From a virus: a DNA stretch of 64,000 nt. The translations under genes were made by a program, and so were the position numbers. The notes below the pieces were generated by a model. It saw nothing but the letters and a program-made list of their open reading frames with translations. It did no database searches and was not told the DNA's origin. Positions 27,127-36,631 of this stretch are shown one piece after another. Positions within the stretch are counted from its first letter, which is position 1. The number at the start of each line of letters is the position of its first letter. The DNA lies in the IMG/VR virus record IMGVR_UViG_3300023109_000011, positions 1-64,000 of that record, one strand, 5' to 3'.

Positions 27127-28016
27127 TAGGTCCATCCCTCCCAAGATATTACATAATATCCTGTTTCAATAATATTAGTACCATTAGCATCAGTAGCAAT
27201 ATCAAACTTCATTTTCATATTTCGAAAACCGTATGCTGGGGCACCTTGCCCGCCCATAGGGCCGACATACCTTTCGTATCTTCCAAAATCTCGGTTGGTT
27301 GTTAAAGGCCACCAAGATCCTAATGCCGGTCCACCACCTGTGTTTACAGTTCCATAGTTTACGTTTACTTCATATTGGTTGCCAGTAGTATGTTGAGTGG
27401 CGCGTATGTAATATGTTTGACTAGGTGTAATATTACACCACTCAGCAAAAGGTTCAGGACTTGAACCTGTGGGTGGTCCTATGAAATATATTCGTTGAAT
27501 TTTTCCTTGAGGAGTAAACCTAAGCCTATGAGTACAGTACCATGCATCTCCACCCCATTGTGGCATCGGCCATAAACTGTTAGTGTCTTGTGGTACTGAT
27601 GCTGTACCTGCTAAAGAAACAACCTCAGTAGGAGCAACATATGTTGAAGTATATCCTAAAGCGCTCGCTCTTACTTCGCTATTATTTACAGCCTGCATAG
27701 TAATTTGCCAATGTCTGTAATCTCCCCAAGAAGGTGTACCTCCGGTGAATGTAACTACATTTGGAAAATTAGGCGTGTGAGTGTCGGATGAAGTGTCTAA
27801 CAGAAAAAGAGCGCATTTGCCGGTTGCTAAATTAGCTGGAGTAAAAGTTCGATCTTGCGTCATATTATGATACATGCAAGGCTTTTCAAAATCCATTATA
27901 CCTGTAATTTCTTCAGGCTTTGGCTGAAAATTATCGTACTGCCCATAACCACCCGTAACGTTAATTAAAGATGATGAATCGTTAATGACTGGATTCGAGC
28001 CTACATCTACTGACAT
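27126..28016 (-). CDS. fibre-adaptor domain fused to a variable C-terminal domain (296 aa)
   Basis: LDTSSDTHTPNF...GTPSWGDYRHW domain followed by an aromatic-rich beta domain. Confidence 0.75.
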   Translation of the reverse strand: MSVDVGSNPVINDSSSLINVTGGYGQYDNFQPKPEEITGIMDFEKPCMYHNMTQDRTFTPANLATGKCALFLLDTSSDTHTPNFPNVVTFTGGTPSWGDYRHWQITMQAVNNSEVRASALGYTSTYVAPTEVVSLAGTASVPQDTNSLWPMPQWGGDAWYCTHRLRFTPQGKIQRIYFIGPPTGSSPEPFAEWCNITPSQTYYIRATQHTTGNQYEVNVNYGTVNTGGGPALGSWWPLTTNRDFGRYERYVGPMGGQGAPAYGFRNMKMKFDIATDANGTNIIETGYYVISWEGWT

Positions 28017-28028
28017 TTTGTAAGCTCC

Positions 28029-28418
28029 TTAAGCGTCGTAACCTGTGGCAGCAGCTCTTATGGTTGATGCATCCCAAGCAACCAAGGCAACATTCCAATA
28101 CCTATGATCACCCCATACTGGCTGAGAATCGTCTGGCCATTTTACATTTGAAGAAAAAACTGGAGTGTGGCTTGAAGCTGAAGTGTCGAGAGCTACTATA
28201 GTAGTGTGTCCACCAACAAGATCGGTAGCATTAAATGTAGCTCCTGCCGTAAGTGTAACATTATATAAAGCTTTGTTCATGCTAATAGTGGTAGCACCAC
28301 TTGCATTTAAAGCAGTAGCATTTGGATGAAAGCCGTCGTAGTTACCAGAAGCACCTGTTATATTAGAGAGCTCTCGATCATTAGTAATGACTTCATTACT
28401 TCCGACATAAATTCCCAT
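28029..28418 (-). CDS. small fibre-adaptor paralogue (129 aa)
   Basis: MGIYVGSNEVI; LDTSASSHTPVFSSNVKWPDDSQPVWGDHRYW. Confidence 0.75.
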   Translation of the reverse strand: MGIYVGSNEVITNDRELSNITGASGNYDGFHPNATALNASGATTISMNKALYNVTLTAGATFNATDLVGGHTTIVALDTSASSHTPVFSSNVKWPDDSQPVWGDHRYWNVALVAWDASTIRAAATGYDA

Positions 28419-28455
28419 TAAAAACTCCGAATGTTAGTTTTGTTATTCTTACCTG

Positions 28456-28463
28456 TATTTATA
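28456..28463 (-). promoter_or_regulatory. T4-type late promoter TATAAATA upstream of the adaptor array
   Basis: Exact consensus immediately after the stop of the cytidylyltransferase-cupin gene. Confidence 0.85.
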
Positions 28464-29225
28464 CTAATCCCGTCGTTCGATGTCTTCTTCTGATAACTCG
28501 TCGCCTAGCCATACTTCAATAACTTTGGCAGGTTCTTCGCCTACATTGGTTGCTTTATGCCAAACACCAATTGGAATATCAATGCTTTGGCCTGCCCAAT
28601 AAATGCGAGACTCTTTTCGTTTGGTGGTTTCACCATAGTCGAGCTCCATTAAAATAGCACCTGATACTACATGCCAGTGCTCAGACCTTTTAAAATGTCG
28701 TTGATCGCTAAGTGATCTACCAACATCAAAGCTTAATTCTTTAACAGCCCATGTACAATTTGAATCAAGTACTTTATATGTACCCCATTTGCGTTGAGTC
28801 GTAGGTTGAGCCCATTCTTTTAATATCCAACTACTTGAATTCTTTTTATCTTCACCACCTACTCCGAATGCAAATTCAACATCTTCGAATATCATTTCTG
28901 GAATGTTTTCTTTAGTCCTATCACCACCATTAGCAAATACAATTACTTCGTTTTGATACTTTTCTTTTACTTGACGAATAGCATCAATAGCTGAGTCATC
29001 TGAATCATCAAACGCTATTACCTCATCTACACATGTCATTGCACTTAATATTGCAGCTCTTTCTGACCAAGGCATAAACTCTCTACCCTTTTTACGTCTA
29101 AGCCATTCGTCTGAGTTTACACCGACAACTAAACGAGTACCTTCCAGAGAAGCGTTTTGCAAGTAGGCAATATGTCCACTGTGTATTGGATCAAAGCCTC
29201 CTGTTACAATTACGGTTATCATCAT
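28464..29225 (-). CDS. bifunctional cytidylyltransferase + mannose-6-phosphate isomerase type II-like cupin
   Basis: TGGFDPIHSGH, GVNSDEWL.RKKG, FANGGDR, K.NSSS; then R.WG.Y.VL, SLS.QRHFKRSEHWHVV.G, IP.GVWH, IEVW.G..LSEEDIER. Confidence 0.88.
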   Translation of the reverse strand: MMITVIVTGGFDPIHSGHIAYLQNASLEGTRLVVGVNSDEWLRRKKGREFMPWSERAAILSAMTCVDEVIAFDDSDDSAIDAIRQVKEKYQNEVIVFANGGDRTKENIPEMIFEDVEFAFGVGGEDKKNSSSWILKEWAQPTTQRKWGTYKVLDSNCTWAVKELSFDVGRSLSDQRHFKRSEHWHVVSGAILMELDYGETTKRKESRIYWAGQSIDIPIGVWHKATNVGEEPAKVIEVWLGDELSEEDIERRD

Positions 29226-30457
29226 AATACCCTCTCATTTTCTTCTGTTAATTCTTCCATAAAGTAGTCCCACACAAAGTTTACATCACCACCTTTCGTT
29301 CTCATTAGTGGATCGATGTCTACAATATCAGGATGCACAAACCAATCTTCATATGAGTACAACTCATTCATAGCTAAATCATTTACCATTAAGATGTAGC
29401 CATGCTCTTTCAAGATGCTTCTAGCCTCATCTCGTCTTTCAGGTCCAGATCTATATGCATCATGTTCAAAGGTGATTACGCCAAACTTGTGGGTCTCCAG
29501 CGGTAGTCTTTTAAGAGTATCTAAAGAAGCGTCGTCACAATCAATTTGCAGATAGTCGGTATGATGATTAACGCAATGCTTATCGAATAAGTCTGAGTAT
29601 CCTATCTGACGAGCATCAGCATTAATGATTGTATTAAGACGTTCTTCTCTAAACTTATAACATAGTGCTGGCTTCATATCGATACTAATTCCTTTCCAGC
29701 CAAAGTCTTTCTCTAACAATGCTGTATTACTATGTATGATCGGATCACCGGAACCAATTTCAAGATATGTGCCATTGCGCTTACCATTGAGACAAGCTAA
29801 TACAAACATGTCTTGCATATGCTTAGAATAGTTTCTATCAATTGTTTCATAGCCTGGGAAAGGATATTTGAAACGATGCTTATCTTCATGTTGAAATTGA
29901 AGAACATCAGGAAAACCTACTTGTGTCATAAGCTTATGGACTTTCCATTTAAAATCTGGATCATCTTCAATATAAGTTTTACCGTAAAAGTCAAACATTT
30001 CTCTACGGCCTTGCTGAGTTCCAGTAATATACCACTTTGCCATAGCCTTTTGAAATGCCATGTGCTTGATGCCAGGATATTCTACACCAATATCATCGAA
30101 ATAATGGGCTTTCATACCAACGGTGGCAAAATAGTAAGATTGCTTCCATGCTTGACGATCTTCATAAAAACGAGAAAGGTAATAGAGAGCTTCAGGTCTT
30201 TCTGGAAATATAGCTGCCGCATCCATATAAGCACCTTCGACAGTATAACCTCTATTTCCTTGTCGATTATAACAACGACCAATTTGGATCATGGCTTTAT
30301 ATTGAAGAAGTCTATCTTGAGTAAGATCGGCTGCTTTTAAATAAAGAGAGATTGCCATTGCACCGTTTTTAATTCGATCATATTCTTCAGCAAGGTCATA
30401 TACCTTTTGCGGATTTTTAGGATCAAGGCAATGTTTGTTTAATAATTCTTGTAACAT
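29222..30457 (-). CDS. TPR-repeat + FkbM-family methyltransferase
   Basis: Helical TPR-like N half (A.SLYLKAA, PERPEALYYLSR.YE); C half QDMFV, G.YLEIGS, SNT..LE...GWKGISID, DYLQID.D, ITFEHD, YEDW(F)V. Confidence 0.82.
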   Translation of the reverse strand: MLQELLNKHCLDPKNPQKVYDLAEEYDRIKNGAMAISLYLKAADLTQDRLLQYKAMIQIGRCYNRQGNRGYTVEGAYMDAAAIFPERPEALYYLSRFYEDRQAWKQSYYFATVGMKAHYFDDIGVEYPGIKHMAFQKAMAKWYITGTQQGRREMFDFYGKTYIEDDPDFKWKVHKLMTQVGFPDVLQFQHEDKHRFKYPFPGYETIDRNYSKHMQDMFVLACLNGKRNGTYLEIGSGDPIIHSNTALLEKDFGWKGISIDMKPALCYKFREERLNTIINADARQIGYSDLFDKHCVNHHTDYLQIDCDDASLDTLKRLPLETHKFGVITFEHDAYRSGPERRDEARSILKEHGYILMVNDLAMNELYSYEDWFVHPDIVDIDPLMRTKGGDVNFVWDYFMEELTEENERVL

Positions 30458-30460
30458 AAT

Positions 30461-31495
30461 TTAGCCCCTCGCCACAAAGTCAAAGAAAACGTCTTCAGGC
30501 ATTTTCAGTATATAAGTTCCGTTGTCTTGATAGCCGTAAGCAATCAATACATTACCATCAATAAACGTTATTCCCGTTGCAAACTCGATGTTATATTCAT
30601 AGCCACTAGAGTAATCAATTTGAGTACCCATGAAGTGGAAGTCTTCAGTGTTATGAATAATATTCCAATCCTCATCCCATACAATTACTCGATGATTGTA
30701 GTGACCATCCTTTCGATAAAATACGTCTTTAAGCAAGTCAACTTCGTGAGTAAGACACATGCGTCTACCATCACCAATTGGAAAAACCTGTGTACCACCA
30801 CGTAGATCTCGACCAAATTGTGTGTAGAACTTATCATGCTCGCAATGAACTGTTTCAGTAGTGCGTTCTTCAATGTTGTACTTTATAACTTCGGTTGGAT
30901 TACACCACTTGACAAAATGGAATGGCATGTCAATAACAGGCATCCAATTCTTTTCGCAATAAGTATCATCTTCGCCTGGAGCAGGAATAGGATTACGAGA
31001 TACTTCTTGCCACTCGTTATCAATCCATTCAATCTCACACATTTCCATACGACCTTTGCCTTTGTCATCATAGCAATCACGCCGAACACCACAAAGATAT
31101 AGACGTCCTTCCCATGCAAACAGACGACCATCTTCAAGACCAATAAAGTTCCATGTAGGATCAGTATCAAGATTCATTTTAATGCGGCTGGCTTTTATCA
31201 CATTCATATTACCATCGAGCTCACACATAATATTGTGAGTCCTTAAAGTAACATCGTTTTCAGGATGAATGTATTGCAGTGGTCCCCAAGTATGTGGGAA
31301 CTGCTTACCTTCTGAGTGGTAGAGAGTATAATTAACGTGGCGAACGTTCATAAGAATCCGACCTTCATGTACGAAGATCGAAGGATTCATTATGCCGGTT
31401 TCATTCGTTAACTCGTGGGGTAGCGTGATTGGATGTATACTACCGCCTCTTTGCAGAGCGTAGTACACAAGGCCGTGATGGCGCAGATCATGCAT
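30461..31495 (-). CDS. GH130/GT91-like five-bladed beta-propeller glycoside hydrolase or transferase
   Basis: NPSI, R.VNY, GLEDGRL (cf. EDPR), EKNWMP, LRGGT, IEFATG, YG.QD motifs; GGAGG RBS supports start 31495. Confidence 0.7.
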   Translation of the reverse strand: MHDLRHHGLVYYALQRGGSIHPITLPHELTNETGIMNPSIFVHEGRILMNVRHVNYTLYHSEGKQFPHTWGPLQYIHPENDVTLRTHNIMCELDGNMNVIKASRIKMNLDTDPTWNFIGLEDGRLFAWEGRLYLCGVRRDCYDDKGKGRMEMCEIEWIDNEWQEVSRNPIPAPGEDDTYCEKNWMPVIDMPFHFVKWCNPTEVIKYNIEERTTETVHCEHDKFYTQFGRDLRGGTQVFPIGDGRRMCLTHEVDLLKDVFYRKDGHYNHRVIVWDEDWNIIHNTEDFHFMGTQIDYSSGYEYNIEFATGITFIDGNVLIAYGYQDNGTYILKMPEDVFFDFVARG

Positions 31496-31542
31496 ATATG
31501 CCTCCATAATAAAAATGCAAATACGTTATAATTTAATGAACT

Positions 31543-31571
31543 ATTATAACATTATTTATGTCAACTGTCAA
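31543..31571 (-). promoter_or_regulatory. perfect-consensus sigma70 promoter with an embedded late-promoter variant
   Basis: TTGACA (31571-31566), 17 bp, TGtTATAAT (31548-31543), A-tract upstream; CATAAATA at 31560-31553 inside the spacer. Confidence 0.88.
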
Positions 31572-31579
31572 CTGTTTTT

Positions 31580-31912
31580 TTAAGACCAAGGAACCGCGCG
31601 TTGAGTCGTAAATGCCTTGTTGATTTTCTCCATGATCTTGGCATCATATCGAGCCATTTGATCTGAAGTAATAGTAGATTCGAGCCAGCCGATAACCGCT
31701 TCTTCAGTGAGAGCATCAAAGTCTACAAAGTCTCCGCTAGAAACAGCTTCTGCTGACATGATGGTGTACCCAAGGATAGTGGAACTATTATCGAATCCAT
31801 CTATCCCGGTACGTCTCCACCTAATCTTAACAACGGCATTTGAAAGGAGATCCCCATCACCATTAGTCTGGTCTCGGGTACTCATTTTAGTTATTTGCCA
31901 ACTGTATCTCAT
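31580..31912 (-). CDS. tail-fibre-associated small protein, paralogue 2
   Basis: YSW.I...RDQ.N.DGD.L..AVV...W...G.D, F..F..LTEE.V.GW shared with 31951..32361. Confidence 0.75.
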   Translation of the reverse strand: MRYSWQITKMSTRDQTNGDGDLLSNAVVKIRWRRTGIDGFDNSSTILGYTIMSAEAVSSGDFVDFDALTEEAVIGWLESTITSDQMARYDAKIMEKINKAFTTQRAVPWS

Positions 31913-31950
31913 ATCAATTCCTATTTAGTTGATATATTGAGTTGGGAGAA

Positions 31951-32361
31951 TTACTCTCCATCATCCGTTGGAGCAGGCTCAAGAGGTGCTGGTGGAACAG
32001 GTGTTACTGGCTCACCGCCCCAAGGCATTTCATGAACTTCTTCTTCTTGCTCTATATCGATTTGATTCATGATACGCTCATCGATGTGCTCTTTGTAAGG
32101 AGGATCGTTATTCACGACATTCTGAATCCAACCTAGAACATCTTCTTCTTGAAGAGATTCAAATGAAGTAAATTCACCAGCTGGAACTGCTGCTGCAGTG
32201 AAAGGAGTTGCACCAGCAAACTCACCTTGCTTTCCGTCGCTGTCTGTTCCAACTACTTTCCAATATGTTTGTACGACTGCTCCTTGGAGCGTGTCACCGT
32301 CTGCGTTAACTTGATCTCGCTTTTTGAGACCAGTAACTGACCATGTATACGTTAATGCCAT
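31951..32361 (-). CDS. tail-fibre-associated small protein, paralogue 1
   Basis: MALTYTWSVTGLK..DQ.N.DGD.L..AVVQTYW...GTD..G..G.F.GATPF; GGAG RBS; own late promoter. Confidence 0.78.
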   Translation of the reverse strand: MALTYTWSVTGLKKRDQVNADGDTLQGAVVQTYWKVVGTDSDGKQGEFAGATPFTAAAVPAGEFTSFESLQEEDVLGWIQNVVNNDPPYKEHIDERIMNQIDIEQEEEVHEMPWGGEPVTPVPPAPLEPAPTDDGE

Positions 32362-32401
32362 AATTTTTCTCCGTTAATTTAAGAGGAATGGGTAAAAAGT
32401 T

Positions 32402-32409
32402 TATTTATA
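32402..32409 (-). promoter_or_regulatory. T4-type late promoter TATAAATA
   Basis: Exact consensus 40 bp upstream of ORF 32361. Confidence 0.85.
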
Positions 32410-32418
32410 CTAACCTTT

Positions 32419-32604
32419 CTATTTATTAAAAAAAGACTGTTCATCTACATCATGCTTACCAATTGGGCATGTGTTTCCTTTTAGTCTCGCTTTGAGAGTC
32501 ATAATACATTTGCAGACATTGCATTGCCTAAGCTTTGCATTGTACTTTTCACAACTCTCGCATATCTCGATTTTGCGCTGGTATGTTTTTCTATCGACTA
32601 ACAT
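32419..32604 (-). CDS. small Cys-rich protein (DUF6171-like, putative metal binding)
   Basis: ICESC...QCNVCKC...KARL....CP.GKH; start uncertain (32604 or 32619); overlaps the end of the halogenase gene. Confidence 0.7.
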   Translation of the reverse strand: MLVDRKTYQRKIEICESCEKYNAKLRQCNVCKCIMTLKARLKGNTCPIGKHDVDEQSFFNK

Positions 32605-34078
32605 TGGCGCTATAATCATTTTCAAGCAATGCTTGTTGAACAAAGATATGCTTATTTTCTTTGTCGGTATCAAACTGCTTAGCGCAGTGTTCTTTGTTGA
32701 ATGTCATACTATCATACACATCTTTATATATGTCAGATGGTAGCATTCGTATTCCTTGCATCACCTGATACCAAGATGAAGCATTGAAAAAGCGATCAAT
32801 AATGTCAGCAGCACCTAGAGGATACTTAGACCATTTTGCTAAATCTTTTTGTAAACCAGGAGGTGCTTTTTCTACTGAGAATTTATTCCAAAACTCAGTG
32901 TCATTGCGTTCCGTTATATAGTGCAAGTAAACAAAATTATGAATCTCTTTTGAAATATCATTCCACTTTTCGTTAAACTGATCTCGATAAGTATCGTCTA
33001 AGTCAAGTAATAGATTAGGCATAATGATCGACTCAACAATTGACATTGAAGTTGAGAATATCGATGTAGCTTCAAGTGGTTCAATAAATCCAGCAGAAAG
33101 TCCTAATGCAATACAGTTACCTATCCAAGCTTTTTCGTAATAGCCTGATTCAAATTTAAAAACAGTGTCTGGTATTTTAGCGTTAGGAAATTTTTCAAGT
33201 ATTTCCTTTCGAACTTCTTCATCAGAAATAAAGCTGCTATCAAAAGTATATCCACACCCATAACGTTCTTGAGTAGGAATAACCCAGCACCATCCATATT
33301 TCATTGCTATTGATTCTGTATAAGGAGGTAATACATCTTCTTCATGTGGTATAATAAATGGTATTGCACGATCTACGGTTTTATAATCGTTAAAGTCAAT
33401 CCACTTGGGATTCAATTTAGAGATAATAGTTTTTCGAAATCCTGTACAATCATATACTATATCACATTCGTACTCATGATTTTTAGATAATAACTTTTGT
33501 ACTATATCACCATCGAGTACTACATCTTCAATAATATCATCAACTATTTTAATACCACGAGCACCACCTTGTTCTCTTAGAAAGGATGCTAGCATTTTAG
33601 CGTCAAAATGTAATGCAAAAGGTTCGACAATTTCTAAAGCATCATTCTGCATCATAAAAGGATTCTTACGATCTTTACACATCATATACTGTAATGTTGA
33701 TTCAGCAATATGCTCGTCTCGTTTGATTGATTCAAGTATTCGAATAGGAACATAGCTTTGTCTTATATTCGAAGGATGATCATGTAAGTCAGCATTGGAA
33801 TGAAAGATGTGATAATAATCTTCGCCATCACCGTTCCAGTTATCAAAACGAATCGCATGTTTTGTAGTAGCACTACAGAATCTTACTAGAGCCATATAAT
33901 CGATTTGAATCATATCTAATATATCGAGAATGTTAGGTACTGTTCCTTCACCTGCTCCTAACACACCTATTGCTGAGCTTTCAATTACTGTAACTTGACA
34001 ATCAGGTATATATCTTTCAGCAAAGAGTGCTGCAAGCCAACCGGCTGTGCCACCACCCACAATCACAACATTTTTCAT
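32591..34078 (-). CDS. flavin-dependent (tryptophan-type) halogenase
   Basis: FAD motif VGGGTAGW, GAGEGT, ATTK (position of catalytic Lys), HFDA, DCTGF, WCWVIP (WxWxIP), GFIEPLEATS, R.DTEFW. Confidence 0.9.
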   Translation of the reverse strand: MKNVVIVGGGTAGWLAALFAERYIPDCQVTVIESSAIGVLGAGEGTVPNILDILDMIQIDYMALVRFCSATTKHAIRFDNWNGDGEDYYHIFHSNADLHDHPSNIRQSYVPIRILESIKRDEHIAESTLQYMMCKDRKNPFMMQNDALEIVEPFALHFDAKMLASFLREQGGARGIKIVDDIIEDVVLDGDIVQKLLSKNHEYECDIVYDCTGFRKTIISKLNPKWIDFNDYKTVDRAIPFIIPHEEDVLPPYTESIAMKYGWCWVIPTQERYGCGYTFDSSFISDEEVRKEILEKFPNAKIPDTVFKFESGYYEKAWIGNCIALGLSAGFIEPLEATSIFSTSMSIVESIIMPNLLLDLDDTYRDQFNEKWNDISKEIHNFVYLHYITERNDTEFWNKFSVEKAPPGLQKDLAKWSKYPLGAADIIDRFFNASSWYQVMQGIRMLPSDIYKDVYDSMTFNKEHCAKQFDTDKENKHIFVQQALLENDYSANVSR

Positions 34079-34872
34079 TTATATTCTTTCCTATGCCAAA
34101 ACCAAGTCTTATATCTATTACGGCTTAATGTACCTTCGATCAGTTTGTCTGATTTTGTGAATTCAATGTTTTGTTCTGGTGTCATTATATGCTGGACTTC
34201 ATGCGTCCACTTTTCTCGTTTGAAAGGTATAATTTGAACCATAGGACTGCCACCTTTAATAATGAACTCGTCGCCAGGTTTACATTTCAACATAGCTGGA
34301 AATAAGATATTCGTCTGATAAACGTCAGTGTCAACTACACCAGATTGTACTTCCCACTTATCAATCCCTTGGTGTTGAGGATGTAAGAACATGCAAGAAA
34401 TACCGGGAGGTGTTTTCATAACCCAAGGATTAATAAACTTATAAACCTTATCTGCGCTATAACCTTGTTTCCAATAGGGATGCTCAGACGTTTGTGATCG
34501 AGCATGAAATCCAATTGGTTCATGACCATCTAATTCTTTTACACCGGTATGTATGCCTATAACTTCTTCACCAGAATCTGGATCTATTATACATTTAACT
34601 GCAATATCATAGGGGAAAGGAATGATATATCCACTCGTCATCATTTCACGAAATGGAATGCATCTTTTAACTGTAGGAGTATAAGCAGGCCGGATACTAT
34701 CTTCGACGAAGACGTGAGTTTTGGATTCTCTACCCGAGTAAGGTTTTTGATTCTTAAACCATTCAGGTATAAATTTCATCGCAGGCGCTGGCTCGTGAGC
34801 CATAGGTCCTAGATTTGAAGTGAAGGTCACTTCGTTTTTTCTTGTTAGCCAAGATTTCAAAAGACTAAACAT
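34075..34872 (-). CDS. DUF6065-like / dUTPase-like-fold phage protein
   Basis: P.PA...IPEWFK, TVKRC.PF....TSGYII, KFINPW..KTPPG.SC.F, GVVDTD.Y, G.P.VQIIPFKR; GGAG RBS supports start 34872. Confidence 0.6.
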   Translation of the reverse strand: MFSLLKSWLTRKNEVTFTSNLGPMAHEPAPAMKFIPEWFKNQKPYSGRESKTHVFVEDSIRPAYTPTVKRCIPFREMMTSGYIIPFPYDIAVKCIIDPDSGEEVIGIHTGVKELDGHEPIGFHARSQTSEHPYWKQGYSADKVYKFINPWVMKTPPGISCMFLHPQHQGIDKWEVQSGVVDTDVYQTNILFPAMLKCKPGDEFIIKGGSPMVQIIPFKREKWTHEVQHIMTPEQNIEFTKSDKLIEGTLSRNRYKTWFWHRKEYK

Positions 34873-34888
34873 AATATACTCCAAAAAA

Positions 34889-35269
34889 TTAGGTTGGTAC
34901 TATAGATTCCCCGCCTGATACGGTATTAATATCTATATTACCATTCAACCAATTATCTAGCATGACTTCAAGAGGTCCGGTCGTTTCATGAGCACCAAGT
35001 GCTTCCCACATTCTATAACCGTTTTCAAAATTTAATATTGAAGGAACAACAGGAGGCGCACATAAAGGAAGGGTAAGATCATCTGCTTCGAGCTTACAAA
35101 AATTAATGCCTGGATAATCGGCTACTATATTTTCAATTGCTTCTTCCCATGCAGCACAACCAGCACAGCCGGGATTAACCAGCATGACCGAATCTAATAT
35201 AAGAGTAGAACGATCTTCAGGGCCTCGTTTAGCCAGCAATTCTTCTGCAGTAACATAGGGTAAAGCCAT
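34889..35269 (-). CDS. thioredoxin-fold protein
   Basis: CAGC motif followed by a helix, cis-Pro-like VVP, FENG. Confidence 0.65.
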   Translation of the reverse strand: MALPYVTAEELLAKRGPEDRSTLILDSVMLVNPGCAGCAAWEEAIENIVADYPGINFCKLEADDLTLPLCAPPVVPSILNFENGYRMWEALGAHETTGPLEVMLDNWLNGNIDINTVSGGESIVPT

Positions 35270-35281
35270 AATATTTCCTTT

Positions 35282-35833
35282 TTATGTATAACCATTAGAG
35301 GTTGCTGTTACGCCATTATAATAGCATCTATTCACTGATACTTTCATATACGCATTACCACCACAACCATAATCTTTTTCCATGAAAAACATCCAAGCGC
35401 CATCGTAGTGAAAGACACCGACTCTACCGTTTTGGTTATTAGGATTCACGTTATTATTGTTTGTGCGACCTTCATAACTAAAACCACCCGGGCAATTAGC
35501 TGGAGTTCTGTAATTTGCGCTATTCGAGTTCCAATTCCAACACGGCCCATTTCCAATTTGAGCGGTGTTATTATAGAGTCTCCGAGTTGACGTATAACCG
35601 TACGTGCTAGTCCCTAAGTTGTATTGTCTGCCATCACCATATACCCGTCCACCTGAATCTTGAAATTCGTTCCATATTGAATATCTTTCGGCGGCAGTTT
35701 GTTCACCTAAAAACATATTGCTACTGTCTGTATTATAAACAATACACCAGCGATAACGCTCAGGTCTGTTGCCATCATTGCCTGGCCCGTATCGACTAAG
35801 ATAACGTTGACCTGATGGTAATACTCTGCTCAT
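35282..35833 (-). CDS. hypothetical Asn/Gly/Tyr-rich protein with five Cys (possible fibre-tip component)
   Basis: GAGG RBS; composition resembles the distal giant fibre. Confidence 0.65.
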   Translation of the reverse strand: MSRVLPSGQRYLSRYGPGNDGNRPERYRWCIVYNTDSSNMFLGEQTAAERYSIWNEFQDSGGRVYGDGRQYNLGTSTYGYTSTRRLYNNTAQIGNGPCWNWNSNSANYRTPANCPGGFSYEGRTNNNNVNPNNQNGRVGVFHYDGAWMFFMEKDYGCGGNAYMKVSVNRCYYNGVTATSNGYT

Positions 35834-35842
35834 TTTATTCCT

Positions 35843-36628
35843 CTACAATATGTTAAACTGAGAATATTTTGTAAACAAATCGTCGCCTAATACTTTTCTT
35901 GGATCTTGAGATATTTTCTCAATTTTAGGACGAACAACGTGAAGATCTTTTATTCCCCAGTTTTCATCCGGCTCCTCGAGGTATGTTTGTACATTTTCAA
36001 AATCATGTTTTGGAGGATCAAGTTCAAGATACTCCCATATATCGTTCATAGTTTGTTCTGTATTATTTATAAGATCATCGTAATTTACAATATGAACTAA
36101 ATGCGGAAACCTATCAATTGCGCCTTTACAACTTTCATAGCCATAGTCTTTAAAATTATTCCATATTTGCTCAGTGCGATTCTCAGTATTAATTTTTATG
36201 TTTTCTTTAAAAAGCTGAACGTCAACGTGGTTCTTAGGATCTTTATCCATTAAGGTAATAAACGACGTTAAAATGTCAGGAATAGGTCTATAGGTAACTA
36301 TTACTTTTGGTGTTGGGTTAATAAATGCTTCTATAGCTTGTATATTATAACCCCATCCTCGGCTTTTGTCAACTATATACTTCTTTTTTACCGGTGAGTA
36401 CCAACCTTCAAACATATACTTAAATATGCGCTGATTCATTTCATCCATGTCCCAGTCACCGCGATATCCATTTTCTTGCAACACACCATATAGATCATGC
36501 ATAACACGGTTCAACGGACTGGTCGCAGAGACATAAAATTCTGGATGCTGGGAAAGCAAGGAACCGAGTAAAGTAGATCCGGTCCTTGGCATTCCCGTAA
36601 GATAAAAATACCGACTCATATCAAACAT
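35843..36628 (-). CDS. sulfotransferase (Sulfotransfer_3-type)
   Basis: PAPS-loop GMPRTGSTLL, DKSRGW, R...DILTS, V.YDDL, HDFENV, LH.VR. Confidence 0.85.
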   Translation of the reverse strand: MFDMSRYFYLTGMPRTGSTLLGSLLSQHPEFYVSATSPLNRVMHDLYGVLQENGYRGDWDMDEMNQRIFKYMFEGWYSPVKKKYIVDKSRGWGYNIQAIEAFINPTPKVIVTYRPIPDILTSFITLMDKDPKNHVDVQLFKENIKINTENRTEQIWNNFKDYGYESCKGAIDRFPHLVHIVNYDDLINNTEQTMNDIWEYLELDPPKHDFENVQTYLEEPDENWGIKDLHVVRPKIEKISQDPRKVLGDDLFTKYSQFNIL

Positions 36629-36631
36629 AAT

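Noticed and set aside
36064-36071. TATAAATA inside the sulfotransferase gene
   Set aside because: It lies ~230 bp upstream of the next start in AT-rich coding sequence; may be chance, so not called as a promoter
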